The notes beneath the pieces are model-generated. The model was not told where the DNA came from. It worked only from the letters and a program-made list of their open reading frames with translations, and did no database searches. DNA of 64,000 nucleotides from NCBI GenBank assembly GCA_030390025.1, contig CM059431.1:137580001-137644000 (forward strand). The letters are read 5' to 3'. This DNA comes from Squalus acanthias (Eukaryota). This document shows positions 1 through 11,899 of this stretch, one piece after another (position 1 is the stretch's first letter; every line of letters starts with the position of its first letter). A program made the translations under genes and the position numbers.

Positions 1-465
1 ATTAAAATAAATGCCCACACGAAGATAGACATGGACTCATAGGAGTCTCAGGATCAGGCTCCCATAGGAAATCGGAATGCAGATTTGGCCGCAAAACTAG
101 CCGTGGAGGAACTTAAACCAGAAGCCGTGTTAAATATGGTCATGACAGCCAGTGGGGTACAGGAAGTGAATATAATGGAGGTACAAGAAAATACTAGTAA
201 AGAGGAAAAGGAGAGATGGAAACAAGCTGGCGCACAGTTACGAGATGGAATTTGGAGATGGGGCCCACGAAACCAGGTGGTGGCACCGGAATGCGGTAGA
301 CAACAACTGATGGGGCTGTACCATGGTGTAACACATACCGGCAGAAGTAACATGTTGCACCTACTGACACAGTACTGGTAGTGGCCAAAGATGGGTCTAG
401 AGGTGGCGAAGTATTGTCACCGTTGTATAATATGCGCTAAGAATAATGTAGGACAGAGATGCAGA
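1..465 (+). pseudogene. pol: First RNase H C-terminus + integrase-type HHCC Zn-binding module
   Basis: Frame +1: IKINAH...GNRNADLAAK, then LYHGVTHTG...W*WPKMGLEVAKYCHRCIICAKNN; in-frame TAG at 40 and 379. Confidence 0.8.
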
Positions 466-469
466 GTTA

Positions 470-1980
470 GAGTAGCAAACCAACTGTGATGGCAGGGGAT
501 ATCGTCTTACACACTCGGCATACACTGGTAGAGATGTTAAATACCGGGAAACTACGGTCAGTTTCCAATATGCGGCGAGCTCGTTGGGAAGCAGTCCTAC
601 TGCCGATAGACCAGACAGTTAAGATAATTCGGGATACAGGGGAAAACCCCGCGGAAGGCATCCTGAGCGAGGGAAGCCCCCATCAGTGCTCAGAGACGAT
701 GGAGATCTAGACGAAACCCTCGTGCAGGACAAACCGCTGGAGGAAGCTCAGATGACACTGTACGTAGACGGGTCAAGGAAATATGTAGAGGGATCTCCCC
801 GGACAGGATGGGCAGTAGTAAATGATCAGTTGGAAACAGAAATGTCGGGAAGGTTAGACGGAGGCTTGTCGGCACAAGTAGCCGAGATAGTAGCGTTAAC
901 AAAGGCGCTAGAATTAGCAAGGGGAAAGACAGTAAACATCTACACGGATAATAGATATGCATTCGGAGTGGTACACGATTATATGACAGCTTGGGGGAGC
1001 AGGGGGTTTGTGACAACTGGAGGGGATCACATAAAACACCAGCAGCGAATAGAGGCCCTCTTGGAAGCCACAAATGCCCCAGCACAAGCTGCAGTAATAA
1101 AAATCAAAGCGCACCAGAAGATACAGAATCAGGAGCAAAAAGGGAACCAGGCCGCTGATCTAGCAGCACAGCGAGCTCTTGAACAAGAAATGGTTGAAGG
1201 GAACGTAGCTAGTGCACAGGTAGAGGAAATAGATATCAGTAAATTGCATGTAGGCGCCCCAGAGGACGAAAGACAGGAATGGTACCGAGTAGGGGGTAGA
1301 TCAAATGAAGAGGCAATATGGCGAAAGAATGGAAAGGTGATAGCCCCCGCGTGCATCAGACAGACACTTTTAGAACTACATCATGGAAAGAATATATGCA
1401 GATGGATGGGCATAAAACAGAAATTCCACATCCCATAGCATCGTCAAAGTTCTGGAATGGTAGAAAGAATGAATCGCACCTTAAAAACTGCGGTAGCCAA
1501 AGCATTGGGGGAAAAACAGCAACGGTGGGTGGATGTGCTACCCACAGTATTAATGAAACTAAGAGCCACCCCAAATCGAACCACGGGCCTATCACCATAT
1601 GAGCTAATGACGGGGAGGGCAATGCAGCTCCCCCCATGGTATAATGACTGGAGGAGAAGATGTGGGTCCCCTAAAGGATAAACTCCGCAGATATGTCCTG
1701 GAAATGAGTAACCAATTAAAATAAATGAAACAGCAAACTAGGAAAAGACAGGAAGAAAGAGATAACGATTTGGAATTGACCGCATTTCCATATATCCCTC
1801 CAGCGAGGACCAAGGTAATGGTTAAGAATCTACCAGGAAAACTCGGGTTCGCCCCAAAAATGGTCGGGACCATATCAGAGTTTAATTAGTGGGGATACGT
1901 GTGCTTGCATTAATATAAAGGGCATGGGACGATGGAAGCACTGGACACAGCTGAAAGCCTATGACCCTTCTCCAATTTAA
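470..1980 (+). pseudogene. pol: pol: RT tether end, RNase H, partial integrase (most of the Zn finger and the N-half of the core deleted) and integrase C-terminus
   Basis: IVLHTRH...RRARWEAVLL (tether); LYVDGS, SAQVAEIVAL, NIYTDNRYAFGVVH, KIKAH, GNQAADLAA (RNase H); QSSGMVERMNRTLK, LRATPNRTTGLSPYELMTGR (integrase); frameshifts and stops. Confidence 0.92.
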
Positions 1981-1982
1981 GA

Positions 1983-2210
1983 ATGGATACACCAGAACAA
2001 GTAGCTTTTGTAGAAAGTGAAGAATATGCTAGACAATATGACGAATGGGAATGGACGCTGACACAAACACTGGTTTGGATAATATGTATTAACTTGATAG
2101 GATATACCTTGGGATATATCCTGAAATATATATGGGAACGGTCCCGTCAACTCCAACCGGTCGAGCAGGAGGAGGGAATCCAAATGATTATGATCGAGGA
2201 ACCAGCGTAA
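1983..2210 (+). CDS. Putative 75-aa single-pass membrane accessory protein between pol and env
   Basis: Intact ATG-TAA ORF starting 2 nt after the TAA at 1978-1980 that ends the pol region; acidic N-terminus, hydrophobic LVWIICINLIGYTLGYIL, acidic tail. Confidence 0.45.
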   Translation: MDTPEQVAFVESEEYARQYDEWEWTLTQTLVWIICINLIGYTLGYILKYIWERSRQLQPVEQEEGIQMIMIEEPA

Positions 2211-2314
2211 TAACAATATTCCATTCACACCCACAGGAAAATAGAATGTATAAGCAACAAAGTGTTTAGGTTGGCGATATAGCCTTTGGGACATTGTTAA
2301 CATAAAGTGATAAG

Positions 2315-3119
2315 ATGAACGTGTTATGCGATATCATGTGTAGTTTGCTTGTTTGTGTAAACATAATATGTAGCCTCGGGAGGACTCAGGCTAGAGTACC
2401 ACCACGGGCCAAAAGAGAGTTACGGGTAAATTGGCAAGGGAATCCATTAACATGGCCCTTGACTATGTGTTGGCAGAAAAAGGGGGAACCTGTGCCCTAA
2501 TAGGTACAGAATGTTGTACCTACATACCAGACAGCTCAGAAGAAATAACTAACTTGGCAGAACACATACAGGAAGAAGTAAAAGAGTTAAAACAACCTCC
2601 GGCATCCACCCTTTGGGGCTGGACAACTGGATGGTTGGGATCACTCAGGACATCAGTAGTACAAGGATTGATTTTGTTCTTTGTTATAATATTAGTGATG
2701 TATGGTCTGGTTTTATTGTTGAAATGTTGCTGCACCCAAATGGCAAAAGATGTTGTTCCAGCCGCACCAGTGGGGCAGGTGTATTACATAGAAATATAGA
2801 AACATAGAAACTAGGAGCAGGAGTAGGCCATTCGGCCCGTCGAGCCTGCTCCACCATTCAATACGATCATGGCTGATCATCCAAATCCAGTACCCTGTCC
2901 CTGCTTTCTCACACCGAATCCCCACATCGAGCCTGCACCTATCCCACCCTATCCCCGTAACCCCACGTATTTAATTCCCCCTAACATATCCCATCCTATC
3001 CCCATAACCCCACATATTTAATCCCCCCCTAACACTAAGGGTCAATTTATCATAGCCAAATCAACCTAACCCGCACATTTTTGGACTGTAACATAAAAGA
3101 TAGATCTCTGTTTATCTAA
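2315..3119 (+). pseudogene. env: env, SU almost wholly deleted; gamma-type TM subunit; interrupted near the 3' end by a SINE/LINE insert
   Basis: Signal-like N-terminus followed by RAKR, then a jump to MALDYVLAEKGGTCALIGTECCTYIPD (ISD + CX6CC), a membrane span and a CCC tail; removing 2791-3090 restores ...YYIKDRSLFI*. Confidence 0.88.
2791..3090 (-). mobile_element. 5'-truncated chimeric HE1-like SINE / CR1 3' tail insertion
   Basis: (catagaaa)n tail and ggccattcggcc CR1 3'UTR in antisense, then a SINE-like body (caatttatcatagccaaatcaacctaacccgcacatttttggactgt); ACATA repeats at 2786-2790 and 3091-3095 as likely TSD. Confidence 0.75.
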
Positions 3120-3629
3120 GAAATGAAAATGCTTATGCGCGGGTAACGTTTGTATTAATGCATGTGTAAAACTTTAGAGATAGTGTAGAATAGGGACAAA
3201 CCATTGATTGCGGCATATGACACAAGAAGAAACAAACAAACAGATGAAGAAGGGAACAACTTTAAGCTACAAGGAATGCGTCTACACACGGAAGAAATGG
3301 ATCATCGATATTTCAAAGAGAAGGACATGTTCATGACAAGTCAGGCGGAGGACGGAGGATAAAGAAATAAAACCGGAAGAGGAGCGGAAGAACCTAACCT
3401 AAATGGTACGAATAGCTCAACAGTCATGATGTGACTGGACTGTGCAGCTCAACCTCTTCCGGGGTGTCTTTCTCCCTCGTTCTCCCGAGCGCGTTCTCAT
3501 TTACATTGGACTGTGAAACAACAATGACATCGTCAAAAGATCTCGTCAACAGAGCATAAGGAACTGTGTGCCGCCGTTATAACCATGGTATGATGGTCCC
3601 CAGGACAAATCAAGCTTTGGCCAGGGACC

Positions 3630-3641
3630 AATAGGAGGGAC
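3630..3641 (+). other. Polypurine tract
   Basis: aataggagggac immediately before TG at 3642. Confidence 0.75.
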
Positions 3642-4187
3642 TGTAAGAGTAAAACAAGAATTAATTGTAATAATGTAAGGGCAAATCAGTTGAAATGTTT
3701 AAGATTAGTTGAACTGCTTAACGGACTATAGTAAAGGTCAAAGTATCTCCCTTAGGCATGGAGACAGGGGTATAATTAGATAAAAGACCAACTTGCTTAG
3801 GCTGCAGTATAGATAATGCAGACACTGCAGAACAAAAATGTGAATCATTGTTTTTCTATAAACTAACCTCGAATAGGTGTAAGAATGAAATCTTGCAGCG
3901 CAGATGGCTGACGAAAATCAAAAGTAAAAAATAAGTTTCGCCAACAGTGTAAAATTCTAATCAAGTTGTTTTTAGAGACCATAAGGGTCGCTTATGATGT
4001 AATAACTGTGCTGAGGTTTGTATTTTCTGGCTTCTGGAAGTATATAAAGAAGCTTGGGTGAGCACTGTTAGATTGAGAAGCTGGTCATTAGGCCGTAGGC
4101 TGTGACCTTTCTCCCAGAGCGCTCTGAATAATAAGCTGTGATATTTTGCTTTAAGACAGACTCGAGTGAATTAATTTTTCACCAACA
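3642..4187 (+). repeat. 3' LTR (~546 bp)
   Basis: Starts TGTAAG after the PPT and ends CCAACA at an abrupt junction with CR1; TATATAAA at 4041; AATAATAA near 4127. Confidence 0.82.
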
Positions 4188-5175
4188 GTATACATTGCAC
4201 TCGGTCCTTTCATCCAAGTCATTAATATAGATTGTAACTAGCTGCGGCCCAAGCACTGATCCTTCTGGCACCCCACTAGTTAGAGCTTGCCAACTGGAAA
4301 ATGATACGATTATCCATACTTTCTGTTTTCTGTCCGTTAACCAATCCTCTATTCTTTTACCCCCAACCCCATGAGCCCTCATCTTACGTAGCAACCTTTT
4401 ATGTGACGCCTTATCAAATGTGTCTTGGAAATCCAACTACAGCACATCCCCTGGTTCCCCTTTATCTACCCTGCTATTTGCATCCTCAAAAAACTCTAAT
4501 AAATTTGTCATATATGATTTCCCTTTCCTTAAACCATGTTGACTCTGTCTAATCATGTTATGTTTTTCTAAGTGCCCTGATACCACTTCCTTAATAGTGC
4601 ATGCCATCATTTTCCCAACGACTGATATCAGGCTAACCGGCCTGTAGTTCCCTGTTTTCTCGCTTCCCCATTTCTTGAATAGCGGGGTCACATTTGTTAC
4701 CTACCAATCTGTTGAGACCGTACCAGAATCGAGGGAATATTGTACAATCACGACCAATGCATCCACTATCACTGCAGCCACCTCTTTTAGAACCCTAGGA
4801 TGTAGGCCATTCGGTCTATGGGATTTGTCAGCTGTTAGTTCCGTTGGTTTCTGAAGTAATTTTTCCCTACAGATATTAATTACTTTAGGTTCCTCACTCT
4901 CATTAGCCCCTTGGTTCACCGCTATTTTGGTGTGCTATTTGTGTCTTCTATTGTGAAGACAGATAAAACGTATTTGTTTAAAGTCTCTGCCGTTTCCGTT
5001 TTCCCAATATAATTTCTTCTGTCTCAGCCTCTATGGGACCAATGCTTACTTCTGTTACACTCTTACTTTTTACATACTTGTAGAAGCTCTTGCAATTTTT
5101 ATTTGTATTGCTAATTTACTGCCATATTCTATTTTGTCCCTTTTTAAATCAATTTTTCGTCTTCCTTTGCTGGTT
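4188..5175 (-). mobile_element. CR1 LINE ORF2 RT fragment (ERV integration target)
   Basis: [40 protein letters not shown] motifs; cut at the LTR end. Confidence 0.9.
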
Positions 5176-5289
5176 AACAGAATACAACTTCCAAGTGCAA
5201 TTTCACACGCTAAACGTCTGCTTCTGTAAATAGCATTAAATATATTTATCGTTTATTACACGCTTCGTAACAAAAATTTAGAGGTCAAT

Positions 5290-8080
5290 ACCATAGAAAC
5301 TTGGAACCAGACATCACATAAGGAGGCCATTCGGCACAACGTGCCTGTACCGACTATTTGAGACAGCAATCCAATGTGTCCACTCCCCTGCTCTGTCCCC
5401 AGAGCACTGCTAATGTTCTCCCCTTCGTGCATTTAACTAGTTCAGTTTTAAATGTTACTATTGCCTCTGCTCCCACCACTCTTTCAGACATTGCATTCCA
5501 GATCATAATAACACGATGCCTGAAAGCAATCTCCTCATCTCACCTCTGGCTCTTTTGTCAATTACATTCAATCCGTCCCCTCTGTTTAACGACCCTTCTG
5601 TCAGTGGATACGGTTGCTCCTTATTTACTCTATCGAAACACCTTCCTGATTTTGAGCGCCTCTATTAAATTGCCCTTAACCTTTTCTGTTCTAAGTAGAA
5701 CAATTCCAGCTTCTCTGGTGGCTCCATGTAGTGAAGTCCCTCATCTCTGTCACTATTCCCGGAAATCTCCTCTCCACTCTCATCAAGGCCTTGAAAGCCT
5801 TCCTAAAGTGCGGTGACCAGAATTGGACACAATGCTGCGGCTGAGGGATAACCAGTGTTTGATAATGGTTGAGCATAACTTCGTTGTGTTTGTACTCTAT
5901 GGGCAAAACTGTGGCAGATAGAGTTCAATGTGGGAAAGTGTGAGGTAATTCACTTTGGACCTAAAAATTAAAGATGGGAGTATTTTCTAAATAGTGAGAA
6001 GCTAGGAACCGTGGATAAGCAGCGAGAATTAGACGTCCGAGTATAGAAATTATTAGAAGCTATTCGACAAGTAAAAAATAAGTAAAACGGCTAATGGAAT
6101 GTTTGGCTTTATCTCAGGAGGGCTGGAACACTAAAGTAATGTTGCAGCTGTACAGAGCTCTGGTTAGAACCGAGTTAGAGCACTGTGCTAAGTTCTGGGC
6201 ACGGCACCTCAGGAAGGATATCTTGGATTTGGTGGTGGTGCAGCTCAAAGTTGAAAGAGTTAAATTATGAGGACTGATTGCATAGACGAAGCTTGTATTC
6301 CCTTGAATATGAAATATTAAGGGGTGATCTAATTAAGGTGTTTATGATGATCAAATGAATTGATAAGATAAAGAGAGATAAACTGTTTAATCTGTTGGAG
6401 GAGCCCAGAACAATGGGGCATAACCTTAAAAGTAGAGCTGGGCCATTCAGGGATGATGTCAGAAAGCATTTCTTCACACATGGGTCGTGTAAATCTGTAT
6501 CACTCGCCCTCAACAGCTGTTGAGGCTGGGGGTCAATGAAAATTCCAAAACTAAGTTTGACAGGTTTTTGGGAGACAAGCGTATTTAGGGTTGCGGAATC
6601 AAGGCGGGTAGATGGAGTTAAGATAAAGATCATCCATGATTGAATTGAATGGCGGAACAGGGTCGAAACAATGAATAGCCTACTGTTCCTACGTTCCTGT
6701 ATTCCTATGCCTCTGCTTATAAAGCTAATGATCATGTATGCTTTTCTAAAAGCCTTGTGAACGTGCCCTGCCACCGTCAAATATTTCTGTATGTATGCCC
6801 CCATGCTTGTCTGTTCTTGCACCCCCTTTATATTTGTACAATTTGTTTTATATTACATCTCCTCATTCTTTCTTCCAAAATGCATCACTTCATGCTCCTC
6901 TGCATTAATTTTCACCTGCCATGTGTCCGCCCATTTCACCAGACGGTTTATGTCCTCCTGACTTCTTCTAATATATTCCTTCAGGGTTTACGACTTTTCC
7001 GAGTTTTGTTTCATCTGCAAACTTTGAAATTATGAACTGTATACCTAATTCCAGGACATTAATATTTATCAAAAAGCGCAATGCTCGTAATAGTGACCCC
7101 TGGGGATACCATTGTACACTTCTCTCCAGTCTGAAAATCCTCGGTTCACCACAACTTTCTGCTTTCTGTCCCTTCGCTAATTTAGTATCCACGCTAACAT
7201 TGCACATTTAATGTCGTTGGTTTCAATTTTGCCAATAAGTCTATTATGAGGTACTTTGTCAACGGTCTTCCAAAGTTCCATATACACAACATCAACTGTA
7301 CAACCTTCAACAGTCCGCTCCCTTATTTCATCGAAGAAGTGAAACAAGTCAGACTCGATTTGCTTTTAACCAATCTGTTCTGGATGTCGTTTATTAACTC
7401 ATGTTCTTCCAAGTAACAAGTAGTTTTGTCTGTGGCTATTGTCTCAATGATTTGTCCCAAGAAGTTACCTCAACACCGGCGTTAGGCTGAGTGGCTTGTA
7501 ATTACTTGGTTTATCACACGCCCCATTTTTAAACAAATGGGTAAACTTCACCACACGGACTGCAGCGGTTCAAGAAGGCTGCTCACCACCACCTTCTCAA
7601 GGGCAATTAGGGATGGGCAATAATTGCTGGCCTTGCCAGCGACGCCCACACCCCAGAAACGAATAATGAAAAAAAATCCCGTCCTGTGGCACCACTCCCT
7701 TATCGAAGCAGGATTCAAAGATTGTGGCCAGAGCCTTCCTTCTCTCAGCAATCCGGGATGCATCCCATCCAGACCGTACAAATTCTCTACCACCTTCTCC
7801 TTTACTGTAACATTGGCAGCATCCTCTTCTTTAGTGAAGGCAGATGCAAAGTATTCATTTAGTACCTAAGCCATGCTGACTGCATCCACAAGAACGTTGC
7901 CATTTTGTCCTTAATCGTCGCACCTTTCCGTTGACTGTCCTTTTAGGCTTTATATGTTTAAAACAGATTTTAGTGATCCCTATTATGTTGCCATTAATCT
8001 TTTCTCATACCTTTTCCTTGGCCCTCTTAGTTCCTTTTTCATTTCTCCTCTCTACTTTCTGTATTCAGCTTGATTCCATA
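5290..8080 (-). mobile_element. Degenerate CR1 (minus) with a nested + strand CR1 3' fragment (~5900-6708) and a short LINE 3' tail (~7549-7677)
   Basis: HCVQFWSPHFRK, ISKFADETKLG, GLDGMHPGLLRE on minus; + strand fragment ending in a (ttcctat)n tail. Confidence 0.85.
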
Positions 8081-8579
8081 CTGTGCTTTTGTTGCTGTCG
8101 TGTGTTTACTATACAAGTGTTTGTCTGTGAAACAGTAGAAAACTGAATCCGACAAGGTCTCAAACTTGGTTAGAATTTAACGCCGGCGAATAACTTCAAC
8201 TATAGTTTGGAGAAATTACTGATCCGAGATTGAATCGCTTTTACATTTCCACAGTGGGAAAAGGAAAGGACGTTGACTGAGAGTTTGATTGGACGAACGT
8301 GCGAGGACCCACACAGCGAGACACGCGCACAAGTGGGGAATTAAAATTGTAAAGCAGCAGTCAATTCAAACTAGTTATGCTTTTAAGATGTTTACGGAAA
8401 TTGTAAGGCCCCTAAAGACATTCCAAACAAAAATGTTCTGCGTCACCAATCTGCTTAAAGTTACACAACTAATAACATTGCACATTAGTTTAATATTAGT
8501 GGAACAGTGGTGAATGTCCTCACCTCCTACAGTGCTCATTAGTCAAGTTCTGACACCATGAGGGATGACCCCAGCTTTA

Positions 8580-9200
8580 TTACTAGAGGATGAGAGAATA
8601 AAAGCAAGGAAGTTATGTTAACCCGTTATAAAAGACTGGTTCGGCCTCAGCTGGAGTATTGTTTTCAATCCGGGCACCGCACTTTAGGAAGGATATCAAG
8701 TCCTTGGAGGCGGTGCAGAAGAAATTTGAGAGAATTGTACCAAGGATGAGCGACTTCAGTTATGGGGAAAGACTGGAGAAGTTGGTTTGTTCTCTTTAGA
8801 GCAGAGAAGGTTAAGAGGAGATTTCATTGAGCTGTTCAAAATCATGAATGGTTATGATGAGTAAATAAGGAGAAACTGTTTCCATTGGCAGAAGGGTCGG
8901 TAAACAGAGGTCACAGATTTAAAGTTAGTCGCAAAAGAACCACAGGCGACATAAGGAAACATTCTGTTCCACAGCGAGTTAGTGTGATCTGGAATGCATT
9001 GCCCGAAAGGGTGGTTGCAGCAGATTCTGTTGTAACATTGAAAAGGGAATTAGATAAATACTTGATGGGAAATCATTTACAGGGCTATGGGGAAAGAAAG
9101 GGAAAGTGGTAATAATGGGATAGCTCTTCCAAAGAGTCAGCACAGGCACGACGGTCCGAATTACCTCCTTCTGTGCTGTATCATGCCACGATTCTATGAT
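8580..9200 (+). mobile_element. CR1 3' fragment with 3'UTR
   Basis: RGHRFKV...WNALPERVV...ELDKYL, followed by a CR1 3'UTR. Confidence 0.85.
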
Positions 9201-10224
9201 GCAGTCTCGCCTAGTCAATGGAGGTGCATGATGAGGCGATCTCAGCACAGAGATTTGAATCCACCGCCAAATGCTGGACCGTGAAATTGGAACTATCAAA
9301 TTTGCCTCTGGTGCTACAGTAATCGGTTACTGTGCACCAGAAGCAGCATCTTAGGTTCAATAATGGCCTACCAGAGGGACAGAAGGCCGAAATGTAATTC
9401 ATTGCTGGGGATCAGCTATCCGCGGTCGGGGAGCTAGGACAGTAAGTGCACGAGGAGCAGTTTAATGGGATGGACAATGGAGGCAATGACATGGAAACAA
9501 ATACCAGCTGAGACCATATCGAATGCTGTGGAAAGGTGACTGATGGACAAGTAAGGGTTACACACCATGGTCACAGTCACGGAGGTTGCAGTTTGTGACT
9601 TTATTCGGGGCAGATTAGAATTAAATAGAAAATGCAGCAGAGAAACAGTCCATTCGGCCCAAGTGGTCTATGCTGTGTTTAAACTCCACGGGAACCTCCT
9701 CCCATCTAATTACATCTTGACACCGTATCGACATATACGTTCGAGGGCGTTAGACTAGTGACACCAATATTAAATAACATGCGGAACGGTAGAGATCGAA
9801 TTCTCCTGGAATGAATTGAGTGAGTTTGCCGCACTCCCCTCACTTCACTGATAATGAAGATACTCGGTAAAAATTATATTGTGCTTTGAGACCACCGTGA
9901 CCCGGAACCCTCCTTTAATTATTCACTCTGCAATGAAGAGCTCCAGATGTGCCTGTAGCATTAGAGTACCGTGCGCAGTATCGCGCTCTAGGCTTTAGGG
10001 AGGATATTGAGTCTCTAGAGAGTGAAAAAAACAGATTCACCAGGAAGCTGCCAATAGCTGGAAAAACAAGTACAAACAACTACTTGGAATAACGCCGTTT
10101 ATTTCATTAGAACAACACATATTATGGAGCGATATGAGAGATGTGTTCAAAATTATGGGCGGATGGGACAGGGTAGATAGACACAGGCTGTTTTCAGCAG
10201 TTGAGCTAACACGCACCGAGGAGC

Positions 10225-11580
10225 CAATGAATTTAATTTTCAGAGTTTGCCAGGCCCACAATGAATTGGATCCGGCATTAAACATGTAACAGAAAGAGGA
10301 AATGAAAAGGAGAGATTTCAGCTCAGTGTATGAATGTTAACCGGTCAACGATGCTGAACTTCCACTTGTTTACCGCACACATTTACTGATTCAGTTCCAG
10401 TAAGTGAAACCCGGAGCCTGATTCTCATGGGTGTGACCATCCTCATCAAGGCCGCGACTGTTACTCATTAATTGGAGACTGGCTCCCGGATTTTATCATC
10501 ATTGCTCTGTGGTTAATAATTGACCATCACTGGAAAATAACCTGTACTATACCTGTGACGGGAATTGTCGAAATCTAGGATATCCAGATCAGATGAACAT
10601 TATATTTCGTCTAACACCAAGATCAATAGAGCTGTGATCCGAAAGTAGTTCATTCCCGCAGAGTTAGAATCGGGACAATTAAACAGATAAAGATCGAAAG
10701 GTAGATAATTCCACAGAAGTGTGTTGTGTTATCACAAAGAGCTCAATGCTCTTCCCTCTGGTGTTTGATCCCAATAAACTAACAGCGATCTTTGTCCTTC
10801 GCTATTTCTGCTCTTTCATAGTCTGATAATAAACAGGTTTTATGGTGAGCAATATAATCGAATTGATGTCACAGATATGAATCGAGATACAGAACGCGGT
10901 TTACCTGCGGGGACTTCTGAATCGAAGATGGAAGAGATGGGGGAAATTAAATCATTTTTACCAAAGAAATGATTAATTACTTTGGGTCAAAGATCAGTAG
11001 TTCATCAGAACAATTCAAACAGAAAGGGACCGTGTGTGATTCAGATCGAGCCCTGCATCAGTGAACAGGGCGGGGAGGGCTTGTACTGATCAGGCTGAAG
11101 GTCGGGTTGAGGACTGTGCTGTGTAACTGATCTTTAGCCAGGGTGTGTTTATTACACTATATAACCCACAATGATAACTTACACGGACTCTCTGGAACCA
11201 GAATAAGGGACCGCAGCACAAGGTAAGGACCCGGAATATACTGAGCACCATTATAGTGTTTTATTGTAGCAGAACTGACCCAGTGCCATTTCCTGGTGGA
11301 GTAGGTCAATCAGTGAAATGTTGAAATATCAACATTGGATCAGGTATGAAATCATTGTTTTATTTTTTAGAAATTGCAGCAGCGACATTTAACAGAATAA
11401 AACTTCCAAATGTAACCTCACACATTAACATTCTGCTGTTGGAAATATTATTGAAAAAATGTTCTAGTTTATGACACGCTTTTGAATAAACAGTTAGGGA
11501 TCGAGACTTTTCAACGTAAATCACCGCCCCGAACCATCACTGAAATCCAATATATCCAGCCACGGAAGGTGTCCTCTTTG
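10225..11580 (+). repeat. Non-coding cassette copy 1 (putative promoter/5'UTR module; 81-nt exon 11142-11222)
   Basis: Colinear with 13870-14875 and 26570-27930; aactgat-ctttagccAG acceptor and aag|GTAAGG donor. Confidence 0.8.
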
Positions 11581-11899
11581 ACCCACATTGAGCTTAGGCT
11601 GCTGGGACTCATTGGGGTCAAACCGAGTCAAATGCTGCCTGTTGTCGAGGCGAGTTACGGTCCCGCTATTGATGAGTCCATCCGTCACTTTGCTGATCAG
11701 TGTGGGGTGGCTGGTAGGGCGGTAATTGGCCTGATTCCTTCTGCCCTTAACTTTGCGGATAGGACATTGATGGTCATCTAAATCATATCCCTAAGCAGGT
11801 AAAATTTCACTTGTACAGTCAAACAACCAGGGTCTGCATGTGCGGTAAGTTCAGTATAAAACTGAAGGAAATGACTCACACTAATGTCAACATAAGCGT

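Larger units (their letters stand above)
1..4187 (+). mobile_element. Endogenous retrovirus, 3' portion (pol fragments, small ORF, deleted env, PPT, 3' LTR); defective
   Basis: Ordered RNase H / integrase / env TM homology, then a purine tract and a TG...CA LTR; stops, frameshifts and internal deletions; 5' part lies upstream of the window. Confidence 0.93.

Noticed and set aside
1..1440. APOBEC-type G-to-A hypermutation of the ERV
   Set aside because: Only one clear TGG>TAG (379); cannot be supported without a consensus
11142..11222. 81-nt exon as a coding repeat exon
   Set aside because: The frame open in copies 1 and 2 has TGA in copy 3 and the other frames have stops; no LRR pattern
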